DNA of 64,000 nucleotides from a virus. Its lineage: Duplodnaviria > Caudoviricetes. This document shows positions 10,963 through 21,476 of this stretch, in pieces. The notes beneath the pieces are model-generated. The model had not been told where the DNA came from. It worked only from the letters and a program-made list of their open reading frames with translations, and made no database searches. The number at the start of each line of letters is the position of its first letter. The first letter of the stretch is position 1. The stretch covers positions 28,593 to 92,592 of IMG/VR virus record IMGVR_UViG_2908873634_000001; one strand, 5' to 3'. A program made the translations under genes and the position numbers.

Positions 10963-11122
10963 CCCCTGCTCGGGCCTGCTCGCAAGTGCTAAGCCGCAGG
11001 TCAGGCCCTGCTCGGCCCACTGCTCGACCCCGCTCAGCTCCTGCTCGCGAGCACCCTCCGAGCAGGACGCCGAGCACCCCTGACCTGCGCATTAGCGGCA
11101 GCTCTATGCCGTTGAGCACCCG
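10963..11122. repeat. clt-like locus of short TraB-recognition repeats
   Basis: Five CTGCTCG copies followed by inverted CGAGCA(C/G) copies, immediately after the traB stop. Confidence 0.7.
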
Positions 11123-11396
11123 ATATCCACCCATTCGTCCCTGACGAGAGGAGCCCCGACGGACGCCTGCCAGACCACCTACCGGGCCACCCGAGCCGAC
11201 TGCACAGCCCTCACCCAGACCATCCAGCCCGGCCAGCGCCTCTACGTCCACCACGAAGGCCACACCCGCGAGTTCGAGGTCACCGACGACCTCCGCGCCA
11301 CCCCGTCGGCCAGGCCGACGGCCCCCGCATCACCCTCCCGCACCTCCTCGCCCGCTGCGGCGCCATCCACACCCAGCACCCCGAAAGGACCACGAC

Positions 11397-11801
11397 ATGA
11401 GCCTCAAGGCCAAGTACCCCGACACCCGCGGCGGCCTCAAGGAGCTCGTCCGCGACGCCCGCCCTGGCACCCGCCTCTACACCGTCACCGAGTACACCGC
11501 CACCGCCTACATCCCCGGCGGGAAGGCCTACTCCGAGTGGGTCGTCACCGACAAGAAGTCCTGGATCGACAACACCTTCTACGTCCGCAGCCCCTCCAAC
11601 GGCAGCGAGATCACCATCAAGACCCTCCTGTCCAAGGAGCGCGCCGTCTACGGCCAGCGGCCCGCGAACATGCCCAACACCGCCGCCCAGGTCCGGCACG
11701 AGACCTACAGCGACGCCGCCCACCGTGCCGCGCAGGCCGTTGCCGACCGGCACGCCGACGAGGCCGCCGCCCGACTCTCCCGCCAGTACGCCGGCCGGTG
11801 A
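11397..11801 (+). CDS. Hypothetical protein
   Basis: AAAGGA RBS, clean 134-aa ORF. Confidence 0.7.
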   Translation: MSLKAKYPDTRGGLKELVRDARPGTRLYTVTEYTATAYIPGGKAYSEWVVTDKKSWIDNTFYVRSPSNGSEITIKTLLSKERAVYGQRPANMPNTAAQVRHETYSDAAHRAAQAVADRHADEAAARLSRQYAGR

Positions 11802-12357
11802 CCACCGTGACCACTGCCCTCGCCCCGGCGCCCGCCGACCTCGATGCGACCGGCCTCATCGCCGACATCGAGGCCTACCTCGCCGCCCACGCCCCCGCAC
11901 CGCGCACCCGCTCGTCACCAAGACCACCGCCCAGCTCGTCGCCGAAGCTCTCGCCACCCAGCCCGAGCCGGATCCTGCGCCCGCCCTCGCGCCGCCCAGC
12001 CGGGCCCTGCGGATCCTCCCCGACTGGGTGCTCAGCCTCCTCGGCCACCGTACCGGCACCCGACGGGCCGTCACCGTCGCCCAGCACTTGGAGCTCACCG
12101 CGCTCGTCCTCCAGCGCTACGGCTGGACCCAGCGGTCGCTCCGCACCGCCGGCGGCCGACGGTGCATCCTCGGCGCCCAGGCCGTGCTCTACCGGCTCGG
12201 GTACGGCGACGAGCGCACTGCGGAGGAAGCCGGACGCTGGATCCAGGGCGTCCTCCGGCGGCGGGGAATCAGCTCGCCGTACTGGGCGTGGCAGGACGGG
12301 CCGGGACGGACGGAGGTTGAGGTGCTGCACCTTCTTCGCGAAGCAGCCCACCAGTAG
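11798..12357 (+). CDS. DUF6197-like protein (frameshifted)
   Basis: LQRYGWTQ..GRRCILGA..WQDGPGRTEVEVLHLL. Confidence 0.65.
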
Positions 12358-12745
12358 ACCCACGAAACAGATGATGATCCTATGGATGCGCCCCGCACCA
12401 TCCCCTCGCCGACGTCCTCAGCGTCACCACCGGCCGGGCAGGAGGTCCGCGGCTCGTACGGCCTCGGCCCCGCCACCGCCGAGGACACCAACACCGACGA
12501 GGACAGTGACTGAAGCGACTCAACATCCGAAGTCCCGCAACCACTATCGAGGGGTACCGGATTCGGGGGATCGCACCTCAGACAAACCGCCCTCAGCCTG
12601 CCACCATTGATCTCGGAAGCAGGAAGTCCTGACTCATGGTGTCCCCGCGCCGCGGAAAGGTCCCACTGCTGCCAGCCCGGCCCCGCCAGTCTCCCCGTCT
12701 GGCGGGGCCTCCCCTTCCGGCAAGCCCCAGCCGCAAGGAACCCCC

Positions 12746-12904
12746 ATGGACGACCAGACCGCGTACGAGCAGCTCAAGCCCCACCTGAAGCCCTACAACC
12801 CCACCATCCCCCTCGGACCACGCGACGGCCTCTTCATCGAGCAGGAAGACGGCCCACCCCTGCTATACATCGGCGGCATCAAGCACGCCTACACCATCGA
12901 CTAG
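12746..12904 (+). CDS. 52-aa hypothetical protein (below the ORF-track cutoff)
   Basis: AAGGA RBS; MDDQTAYEQLKPHLKPYNPTIPLGPRDGLFIEQEDGPPLLYIGGIKHAYTID. Confidence 0.6.
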   Translation: MDDQTAYEQLKPHLKPYNPTIPLGPRDGLFIEQEDGPPLLYIGGIKHAYTID

Positions 12905-12958
12905 CCGAAGGACGCCCCTGTGGACGACCTGTCTGATAGGAACCCGGCAGGAGGGCCC

Positions 12959-13352
12959 ATGACACCTGACCAGATCGCTGAACGCATCGCAGCCATCCAC
13001 GCCACCCACCCCCACCAGTACTACTCCAAGCTCCAGCCCTCTGGCGAGACGTCCTCCACGCCATCGCTGACGGGGCCCCCGACGCCCACCTCCTCGCAGC
13101 CGCCGCACTCCGCACCGGCAAGCCGCCCACCACGCAGGAGAAGCCCTCGGCTACGCATCGGTCCTCTCCCTGGTCAAGGCGTCCGAAGGCGTCAGCGCAG
13201 CAGCCGAAGCCGCCGACCTCGGCCTCACCTCAAAGGCCATCCAGGCCAGGCGCCGCAACGCTCTCCGGAAGCTCGGCGCCCGCGACCCGGCCCACGCCAT
13301 CGAGATCCTCCGCGAACGCGGTGAAATCACCGACGCCGACCTAAAGCCATAG
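12959..13352 (+). CDS. Protein with C-terminal LuxR-like HTH (frameshifted)
   Basis: AADLGLTSKAIQARRRNALRKLGARDPAHAI. Confidence 0.6.
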
Positions 13353-13613
13353 GAAGTAGCACAAAGCCCCCGGCCGGAACCGGGGCTGAGGCATTGCGAG
13401 CCCGCCTGCACGAGTTCGCGGCGCTGTCAGGGCGCCAGAGGCCCGACAGGTGCACTCGGCGGCCAGGGCCACCGCTCACCGGGCGGAAGGGGCCTACACC
13501 GCCAACCCTGGACGGTTCAGCACCTGCCCCCAGCATGACAGACATGCAGAGGCACGATCCCCAGGAATCCGGCACCAGCCCCACCGCGGGCCGGCGAATC
13601 CATCACCAGCGGG

Positions 13614-14338
13614 TCACTTCACCGGCTTCCACGTCCCGCACCGCTCAGTGGTGAACTGCCCGTCCGACGACCGGATCGTCACCGTGATCTTCCGCGCGCT
13701 GGTCGCGAAGTTGTTGTCGATGATCTCGCCCGACTCGCTGGTCCGCTCCCAGTAGCAGTCGTCCAGCTTCCCCGTCGTCTGGTACGTCCCTGGCGGGATC
13801 TCCCGCTCCCCGGCGATAGCCTTCGACGACACCACATACGTCCCGTTGCCATACCAACGGTCGTAGTCCCCGACACAGCCTGCTTCACCGCCGACGTCCA
13901 CTTCGGGCACAGCTTCGGCACCCCCGCCTGCAGAACATGCTTCTTGTCGCCCTCCAGGTAGCCCATGTCAACCAGGTACTCCGGCGGCGACGACAGCTCG
14001 ATCCCCTCATCCAGAGCTGCGCACGCGCGCAAGACGAACGTCGATGGCGACCCGTCGTTGTAGGCGTCGAGGACCCAGCCCTTCTCCTCCACAAGCCGGT
14101 CGAAGTCGGCTTCCGGCCCCGGCGTCTCCGTGGGCTCCTCCGTGGCGTACGGGTCCTCCGTCGAGAACGGCAGCCCCGTGTCCGTATCCGTCGGCTCCGG
14201 CGTCGTCAGGTCGATGATCGGCGTCCTGCTCGCCCCCGGCGCCGCATCCGGCACCCCATCACCACCGCACCCGGCCACCAGCACCGCCACCACGACCATC
14301 CCGGCCGCCGCGGCCCCCACCCTGCATATCTGTGTCAT
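13614..14338 (-). CDS. Lipoprotein (frameshifted)
   Basis: Signal peptide with lipobox VAGC, Pro/Thr linker, C-terminal PGTYQT..CYWER..GEIIDNNF..CGTW domain. Confidence 0.75.
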
Positions 14339-14443
14339 CAGCGCAGGATGCCACCCGAGCCCGCCCGGGGATCGGAAACCGGCTGATCGGGGATCATCAA
14401 CATAAGGCGCGGGGCCTCGACAACCACACACGGGAGCCCCACC

Positions 14444-15020
14444 GTGCCAGTCTCCAAGGCCAGAGCAGCCGAGATCGCCCTCAGGCGCAGCGAAATGCTG
14501 ACCTGGAAGATCATGGGCCGCACGCCAAACCAGATCGCCGAACACTTCGGCGTCTCACCCGGCACCGCCCGCTCCGACGTGTCCCGCGCCATCAAGAAGG
14601 CCCGCCAGCTCGAGGTCGAAACCGCCGAGCTTTACCGCTTCATCCAGGGCTCCCGCCTGGAGACCCTCCTGCGCGTCCTCTGGCCGGCCGCCACGGGCAT
14701 GAGTGGACCACTCGGCCAGGAAGGCGAGATCGAGGTCGACCTGAAGGCCGTCGAACAGGTCAGGAAGATCATCACCGATATCAACGTCCTCTTCGGTCTC
14801 AATGCACCCGTCCGCACCGAGATCAGCGGACCCGACGGAGGCGACATCCCTTCTCCGGCGGCGAGGCCGCCGAGGTCGAAGCCCTCATCGCCATCTCCGA
14901 CCGCGACAACGCCGAAATCCCCCGATCAACCCCGACGCCGGCCTCGACGACGAAGACGAGGACGAAGAGGAGGACGAGGACGGCCTGGACGACGAGGACG
15001 ACGATGACGACAGCGCCTGA
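14444..15020 (+). CDS. Terminase small subunit-like HTH protein (frameshifted)
   Basis: HTH QIAEHFGVSPGTARSDV, GLNAPVRTEISGPDGG, acidic tail; overlaps the terL start. Confidence 0.7.
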
Positions 15021-16559
15021 ACGCCGCCTCTCCATCGAAGAGCAGTACCGCTCTCTGCCCGCAGAGCAACGGCGCCGGGTCATCGCCCGCGCCCGGCCCG
15101 AGACCCGCATCAAGCTCGCCCACGTGGAACGCCAGATGGCCATGGACCGCTCCCCGGGCGCGCTCGCCGCAGTCCTCACCGGGGCCGGGAGAAGCAGGCC
15201 CCGCACCTCGACATGATCGACAGCGCATTCCGCCGCATCGCGGCCGGGGAACGACTCCAGGTGATGCTGACCTGCCCACCAAGACATGGGAAGTCTCAGC
15301 GCGCCTCTCGCTGGGGACCCCTGTGGTACCTGCGCCGCAACCCCGAGCACCGCGTCATGATCGCCTGCTACGGTGCCGACCTCGCCGACGACCACGGACG
15401 CTGGATCCGCGACCAGCTCAAGGAGTACTCACCCGCCCTCGGCATCAAACTCCACCCCGCCTCCCACGCCGCGAACCGATTCGACCTCGAGCAGCGCCGC
15501 GGGTCCAGCGTCCGCGGCGGCATGGTCACCGCCGGCGTCGGAGGGGCGCTGAACGGCAAGGGCTTCAACCTCGGAATTATCGATGACCCATTTAAGGGTC
15601 ACGACGACGCCGCCAGCCCTGCCCAGCGTGAACGAATCTGGGAGTGGTACCGGTCCGTGTTCTTCACCCGCCGCGCCCCCGGCGCCTCCCTCATCCTCAT
15701 CAACACCCGCTGGCACGAAGACGACCTCTCCGGCCGACTCCTCAAACACGAACCCCACCGCTGGCTCCAGATCGACCTCCCCGCCCTCGCCGACAGCCCC
15801 ACCGACCCCTCAACCGCACCATCGGCGACCCCCTCTGGCCCGAGCAATACGACCTCGACGAACTCACCGACATCCGCGAATCCGTCGGCGAACGCGTCTG
15901 GTACGCCCTCTACCAGCAAAACCCCGCCCCTCGAAGGCGGCGTGTGGAAGTGGGCGTGGATCACCAGCCACCGCATCACCCCCGAAGCCTGGCGTGGCAT
16001 CAACCCCACCCGCGTCATCGTCGCCGTCGACCACGCCGGCGGCGACACCATGCGCAACGACGAAGTCGGCCTCGTCTGCGCCGCCCGAGACGACGACGGC
16101 CACATGTACATCCTCGACGACCGCTCCCGCAGCATGGGCGCCGACACCTGGGGCACCGAAGTCTGTCGCCTCGCCATCGAACGCCAAGCGGACGCGATCG
16201 TGGTGGAGAAGAACTTCGGTGGCGACATGGCGTCCCAGATCGTCACCCAGGCATGGCGCGAGCTCGAGCGCGACGGCGAAACGAACCGGATGCTCATGCC
16301 GGCGATCGTCGAAGTCCACGCCAAGCAGGGCAAGCGGCTGCGGGCCGAGCCGATCGCGCAGCTCTACAAGCAGGGCAAGGTCCACCACGTCGACGAGCAC
16401 ACCGAGCTCGAAGGCCAGCTCGTCACGTGGATCCCGGGCATGGACTCCCCGGACCGTATGGACGCCGCGGTGCACGCCTTGACCGAGCTTGCGGATCCGG
16501 CTGCGGTGTCGACGGGCACGGGCTCGTACACCGACCAGCGACTCGCGGGCCGCCGATGA
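15004..16559 (+). CDS. terL: Terminase large subunit (frameshifted)
   Basis: CPPRHGKS Walker A, IIDDP Walker B, TRWHEDDL, nuclease motifs VAVD and SPDRMDA. Confidence 0.9.
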
Positions 16560-16780
16560 CCCCGGGCCTGCATATGCCGATGGGCTGGTTCGTGCACGCC
16601 TCTAGCGTCCTGACCAGCCCAGTGGCAGTGTGAACGGTATGCGGCACCCCGCCCCCACCTCGCGGGTTGTGCCGCCGGCCCTGCCCCAGCGGGCCACGCT
16701 CCGGCCACGTCCCAGGCCGGAGAGGGCAGGGCCGCGCCCGCCTCCCGGCTCCCCACGGGAGGCCACAGGCGCGCAGGGCC

Positions 16781-17786
16781 TCACCGCCGGAGGACGTTGA
16801 CCAGCTTCTCCGGGTCGAGGATCGGCGCCCCGTCCGGGCCCTTGATGTGCTGGTCGATCCAGATCGGCCGGTGCGTCTCCCTGGAGGGGTAGTACTGGTT
16901 GCGCCAGTGCCCCGCACGATCCACCTGTGCCGGTAGCCCCGCCCGCCCGCGCCGTCCTCGGGCCCGGCCTGCTGCGGCACCGCGTGATGGCGCAGGCGGA
17001 CGTAGCGGACGGCGGTCAGCAGGTTCGGGTCGATCCGTGCGATGTGCTTCGCCGACGAACGGGGAGCTTCGACGCTCTCCTCGCTGGCGAGGGACTGGCC
17101 CATGAGCAGCCACGTCACCACCAGCGCCCGCTCTGCCTGTTCGATCCGGTTGGACGAACGGGTGTGGTCCTCCATCTCGGCCCAGCTCATGCTGCTGGTG
17201 TCTTCGGGCGCCATGGCCAGCCAGCCGGGAACCTTCCCGAACGGCAGGCGAGCGCCGGACATGCAGACGATCGGGTACGGGTACTGCTGGCGGATCAGCC
17301 GCACCTCTGCCGGCGTCAGATCCCGCAGCCCGGCCTGGGGTCGCCCTTCGCCATCGAGGTCAGCCACTCCTCCTGGCGGGCCCAGGAGCGGATGTAGACG
17401 CCGCCGCCGTAGACGGCCCACGTGACTCCGATGATCGGTGCACCGACCAGCTCAGTGCCGTCGTACGTGTCTGTGACGGGCTCTTCCCACAGCAGCAGCC
17501 CGTGCGGCGCGGGGAGGTCTTCGGGGTGCAGCCGGTAGGCGGGGAGCGCCATGCCGGCCGACACGGCGAGACGCGTCATGTCGGCCGAGGCATAGAACAG
17601 CTCGGCCGACTTGAGCGACACCGCCCAGTCCTTCGCGGCCTGCCGTTCCCTGGCCGCGGTCTGCGGGTCGAACCCGCGGGCCCACGTCTCCGGCCCGCCA
17701 TGCTCACCCGGGTCCTGGAGCCACTGGGCGAGTTCGGCGCGGATCTCGGGGAGCTGACGGGCCTGGAGGGTGGGCGTCTTGGGCAC
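16781..17786 (-). CDS. Hypothetical protein with C-terminal VRGHWRNQ..PIWI..HIKG motif (AcrVA2/FinQ-like; frameshifted)
   Basis: AGGAG RBS; stitched from ORFs 17316-17822, 16423-17421 and 16781-17113. Confidence 0.65.
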
Positions 17787-17790
17787 GGGC

Positions 17791-18309
17791 TTACTCCTGG
17801 GTGGGGAGAGCGGCGAGGTCACCGCGCAGGATGGCGTCGATGACGGCGAGGGCTTGGATGCGGGTCCAGTTCCGGCAGGCGGTCGCGAGGTCAGCCGTGC
17901 CCTCGTGCTCGTCGTCCAGATCTTCGGCCTCGTCTGCGAGCAGCAGGCTGGGTTCCTCGAGCCAGGTGATGTCGATGATGGTGTCGTTGACGATGTACGC
18001 CAGAGCCTGCCAGTGCTCGGCGGGCAGTGCGGGGATGTCGCGGAGTTCGAGGGCGAGCAGCCGGTCGAGGGTGTCGTGCGGCAGGGCCCGGTAGGGGTTA
18101 CCGGCGTTACGAGCGCGGGTGACGGCCTGGCTGATGGTCTTCTCGCTGACGCCGAGGTCGCCGGCCAGGGACTTGGCGCCGCCGTGGCCTCGGCGGGCGA
18201 CCTCGTCGGCGATGGCGCGGGCTTTGTCGTCGGCGCCGGCGGAGCGTTCGCGGGTGCCGTGGTCGATGCGCTGTTCGGCCTGGCGGAGGCGGTTGAGGAA
18301 GTCGGTCAT
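17791..18309 (-). CDS. HTH protein
   Basis: GAKSLAGDLGVSEKTISQAVTRAR; clean ORF. Confidence 0.75.
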   Translation of the reverse strand: MTDFLNRLRQAEQRIDHGTRERSAGADDKARAIADEVARRGHGGAKSLAGDLGVSEKTISQAVTRARNAGNPYRALPHDTLDRLLALELRDIPALPAEHWQALAYIVNDTIIDITWLEEPSLLLADEAEDLDDEHEGTADLATACRNWTRIQALAVIDAILRGDLAALPTQE

Positions 18310-18385
18310 GACGAGAGGCCTTTCAGGAGGGCCCGGCCGCCTTTGGGGCGCGGCCGGGCAGTCATGCGAGTGGCGGTGGACCGGC

Positions 18386-19009
18386 TCAGGCCTCGTCGTC
18401 CTGGTCGGCGTTGTCCCGCAGTTCCTCCAGGTACCGCTTCAGGCCCTCGACGACGACGGTGTCCACGCTCCGGCCGGGGCCGTCGCATCCGGCAAGCCCG
18501 GTGCGGATCTCCTTAGCGATCTCGTCCAGCCGCTCGTCGGTGGTGTCCAAGGTGATCTCGTACTCCTCGGCCTCGCAGCCGTTGGTCGCACCGTCCAGGT
18601 CCCACACCACAATCAGGTCGGCCGGGTCGACGTCGTACTCGTTGTCGTAGTGGGAGACGATCTCTTCGATCTCCTCCTCAGCCGCGGCGGCGTCCTCACC
18701 GAGGCGGGCCACCATGTTGTTGCCGTCCCAGATCTCCTCCCAGTCGGCAAGCATCCGCTGGGCGAGGGGCTTGATCTCCTCGATCAGTCGGTCGGCGGCC
18801 GTGCCGGTGAGTGCAGGGATGCCGTAGCGGCGGTCGAAGCCGTGGAAGACGGAGGCCGGGGCCCCGCTGCCGATCACGGAGTCGACGTCGGCGTACAGGC
18901 GGCCGTTCTTGAGGTCGAGTTCCAGGTAGGCCGGCTGGGGCTTGTGCTGTCCGTCGTACTGGAGGTGGAGCTCGGTGGCGCCGGTGGGGATGGTCGTCAG
19001 CTTGGTCAT
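18386..19009 (-). CDS. Highly acidic hypothetical protein
   Basis: Clean ORF with dense D/E in the C-terminal half. Confidence 0.75.
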   Translation of the reverse strand: MTKLTTIPTGATELHLQYDGQHKPQPAYLELDLKNGRLYADVDSVIGSGAPASVFHGFDRRYGIPALTGTAADRLIEEIKPLAQRMLADWEEIWDGNNMVARLGEDAAAAEEEIEEIVSHYDNEYDVDPADLIVVWDLDGATNGCEAEEYEITLDTTDERLDEIAKEIRTGLAGCDGPGRSVDTVVVEGLKRYLEELRDNADQDDEA

Positions 19010-19093
19010 GGTGGTTACCCTTCGGGTTGACGGATCTGGTCCTGCAAGACCTTGTCCGGCGGGGTGTCGGAGGGCGCTTCCTCCGACACCCAC

Positions 19094-19137
19094 TACGTTA
19101 CTTACCTCTTGGGGTAAGTACAACCCCATGGGGTAAG
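19094..19137 (-). promoter_or_regulatory. Promoter TTGTAC-N17-TAACGT with two palindromic operators
   Basis: TACTTACCTCTTGGGGTAAGTA (19099-19120) fills the spacer; ACCCCATGGGGT (19123-19134) abuts the -35. Confidence 0.7.
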
Positions 19138-19230
19138 AAACTGACGTTCGAGCCACACCATCCATCGCCTACGCGTCGCCGTCAGACCTGCATGCGAGCC
19201 TGTCCCCACCCCCACCATGAGGAGCAGCCA

Positions 19231-19386
19231 GTGCAGAACTACAAGGTCGCCTGGGTTCAAGACGGCGAGCCGAAGCGGTCCGGCGTCGCCTACGACAAGC
19301 CCAGCGCCGAAGACCGCAAAGCCCGCCTGGAGCAGGAAGACGGCATCACCGACGTGCAGATCATTCAGGTGAAGCCCGGCGAGTAA
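19231..19386 (+). CDS. Small hypothetical protein
   Basis: GAGGAG RBS plus GTG; QNYKVAWVQDGEPKRS. Confidence 0.6.
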   Translation: MQNYKVAWVQDGEPKRSGVAYDKPSAEDRKARLEQEDGITDVQIIQVKPGE

Positions 19387-19473
19387 CGGCCACGCGCCCG
19401 GGCGCTGTCAGTCCCGGCCCCTACCGTGATCTCCAAGGGCTGGGGCTCGCCCGGCCAGCGCACGGAGGTCGCC

Positions 19474-19738
19474 ATGGGCGAGATCACCATCCACCCCCAA
19501 GACCTCGACCGACTCCTCACCGACGGAACCAGCTCGAGGCCGCGCACCATCTCGTACCAGCAGGCCTACGTCGACATCGCCGCCACGCATTACGGGCGGC
19601 CGGTCTCCGAGATCCTGCCCTCCTCCACGCAGCCGCCCACACCGCGGGGGTCCCGTTCACCGAAGACGACCTGACCGGGCAGGCCGAAGCGATCCGGGCC
19701 GGTGTTTCTTACGAGCTTCGCGTGCGCGTCTCCCGGTA
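19474..19738 (+). CDS. Hypothetical protein (frameshifted)
   Basis: GGAGG RBS; MGEITIHPQDLDRLL. Confidence 0.55.
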
Positions 19739-19757
19739 GTCGGCTCACGTCTGGGTG

Positions 19758-19926
19758 TCAGGCGGCCTTCGGCTTCGGCTGTCGCCTAGCCTCCACCTCG
19801 GCCCGGCAGGAGTGGCACAGCGGGTTCGCCGTGCCCGTACCGGTGGCACGGGGCGTGGCAGCGGGAGCACCGGCCACGCAGGGACGACGGGCACTGCTCG
19901 GGCGGGAGGTTCACGGGCGTGGTCAT
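19758..19926 (-). CDS. Small Cys-rich Zn-finger-like protein (frameshifted)
   Basis: CSRCHAPCHRYGHG..NPLCHSC. Confidence 0.55.
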
Positions 19927-20101
19927 GGTGGTTCCTCGGTCTGATCAGGGCGAACGTGCCAGAAACGGGCCAGCGGCCCGGAGGGTCTGGCGCTACTGAA
20001 ATCCTACGACTGTTCGATTTGCGGGCCTGACACGGCACGCCCCTCCCGGGTACGGTCACCCCACCGGTGCACACCGCACCCCACACAGGAGGGGGACACG
20101 C

Positions 20102-20170
20102 ATGCGCCGCGATCCGGAGTGGGGCCTGACCGACACCGGCTGGGGCCTGGACGAACCCGAGTGGGGCTGA
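20102..20170 (+). CDS. 22-aa micro-peptide MRRDPEWGLTDTGWGLDEPEWG
   Basis: AGGAGG RBS, ATG to TGA, three [DE]xxWG repeats, terminator hairpin about 10 nt downstream. Confidence 0.7.
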   Translation: MRRDPEWGLTDTGWGLDEPEWG

Positions 20171-20179
20171 CCCCACGAC

Positions 20180-20217
20180 AGCGGCCCGTCACCCCACGAT
20201 GGGGGTGGCGGGCCGCT
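20180..20217. terminator. Hairpin between the micro-ORF and the convergent membrane-protein gene
   Basis: AGCGGCCCGTCACCCC-N6-GGGGTGGCGGGCCGCT. Confidence 0.7.
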
Positions 20218-20220
20218 CGG

Positions 20221-20673
20221 CTACTTCCCGCTAGCCGCAACCGCCGCAGCGACCGCGATCCAGCCCTTATGCCAGGCCTGGTCCAGCAGCGGCCCCGCGC
20301 CCGGGTCCCGTTGAAGCCAGCCCGCAGAGCCCTTGCGGTGGGCGAGGCGGACCAGGCGGGTCGACGGCTCCGTCTCCTGCCAGTGGCCGGCGGATCGGTC
20401 AGCGAGGTAGTGGGTGACGGCGGAGACCGCGAGGCCAGCAGCGGCCCGGCGCCAGTCCAACCGAAGCCCGAGCCCGCGGTTGGCGGCCACGAGGGCGAGG
20501 GCCTGGACGGCGGTGTAGGAGGCGACGTGCCGAGCACATGCCAGACGGCCCTCCCTCCCGGGTCGGCCCTTGGCAACAGCGTCCCTGTCCTGTTGGGCCC
20601 AGTAGTCACCGACCTCGTGCGCGGCAGTCAGGACGGCGTAGGAAGCAGCGAAGCGTTCGGGAGCGGTGGTCAT
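20221..20673 (-). CDS. DUF3307-like membrane protein
   Basis: AHEVGDYWAQ, HVASY, HYLADR and LDQAWH His motifs. Confidence 0.75.
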   Translation of the reverse strand: MTTAPERFAASYAVLTAAHEVGDYWAQQDRDAVAKGRPGREGRLACARHVASYTAVQALALVAANRGLGLRLDWRRAAAGLAVSAVTHYLADRSAGHWQETEPSTRLVRLAHRKGSAGWLQRDPGAGPLLDQAWHKGWIAVAAAVAASGK

Positions 20674-20825
20674 GGGTCCCTTTCTGAGGTGATGTAACGG
20701 AAAGTAGGTGCCCGCCCGTGGAGCAGGGAGCCTTTCGTAACCCGCTGCTACGGGACAGGCCAGTGTGGGCTGCTACGCCGCATCCGATTCGACTTCACGG
20801 ACTGGCCGAAGCCGGTACGCAACCC

Positions 20826-21380
20826 CTAGCAACGCACGCTGGTACTGCTGTGAACCTGCGCCGACAGACCAGTCAGGAAGCCGGCCGCCTTCGACGCCTC
20901 CTGCCGTACCGCGGCCAGCACCTCCCGAATCTCCTTGAGCTCACCCCGCGCTTTCTCCAGCGCCGCGTGTTCAGCACGGCTCCCCACACGCGCCCGGTGA
21001 AGCCGCTCGATTCCCTCCTGAAGCACCCAGCCCTCCTCAGGGGAAAGCCGGCGCTCTACGGCCTCGGCCGCGAGGAGGAGGGGCTCCTGCTTCGCTATCT
21101 GCCCTGCAGGGCGACGAACTGCCGGAGCGGTCACCGTCACCACGCCTGCGGCGACCGCGACCGCAACGGAGTGCGCGCGGTCCGCTGTGCGCAGGCGGTT
21201 CCTGATAGCCCGCCAGTGCTCCCGCACGGTATGGATGCTGATGTCGAGAGCATCGGCAATCCGCTGGTCGGTGTGCTCGGTTGCCGCGTACTGGAGAACG
21301 CGGACCTGGAGGTCAGTGAGAACGGTCTCGGGCCCGCCACCAGCCGGTGACAGGCCCGGAGTGCTGCTCGTATGGGTCAT
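20826..21380 (-). CDS. LuxR-type HTH protein with coiled-coil tail
   Basis: LTDLQVRVLQYAA..IADALDISIHTVREHWRAIRNRL. Confidence 0.75.
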   Translation of the reverse strand: MTHTSSTPGLSPAGGGPETVLTDLQVRVLQYAATEHTDQRIADALDISIHTVREHWRAIRNRLRTADRAHSVAVAVAAGVVTVTAPAVRRPAGQIAKQEPLLLAAEAVERRLSPEEGWVLQEGIERLHRARVGSRAEHAALEKARGELKEIREVLAAVRQEASKAAGFLTGLSAQVHSSTSVRC

Positions 21381-21476
21381 GGCGATTCCTTGGGACTCTG
21401 CGGGCGGTACGGTGTGGCGCCGTGAGGGGCGTGCCCGGCCTGAGGAGGTTGTGGGCGCGCCCCTCACGCGTCTCGG

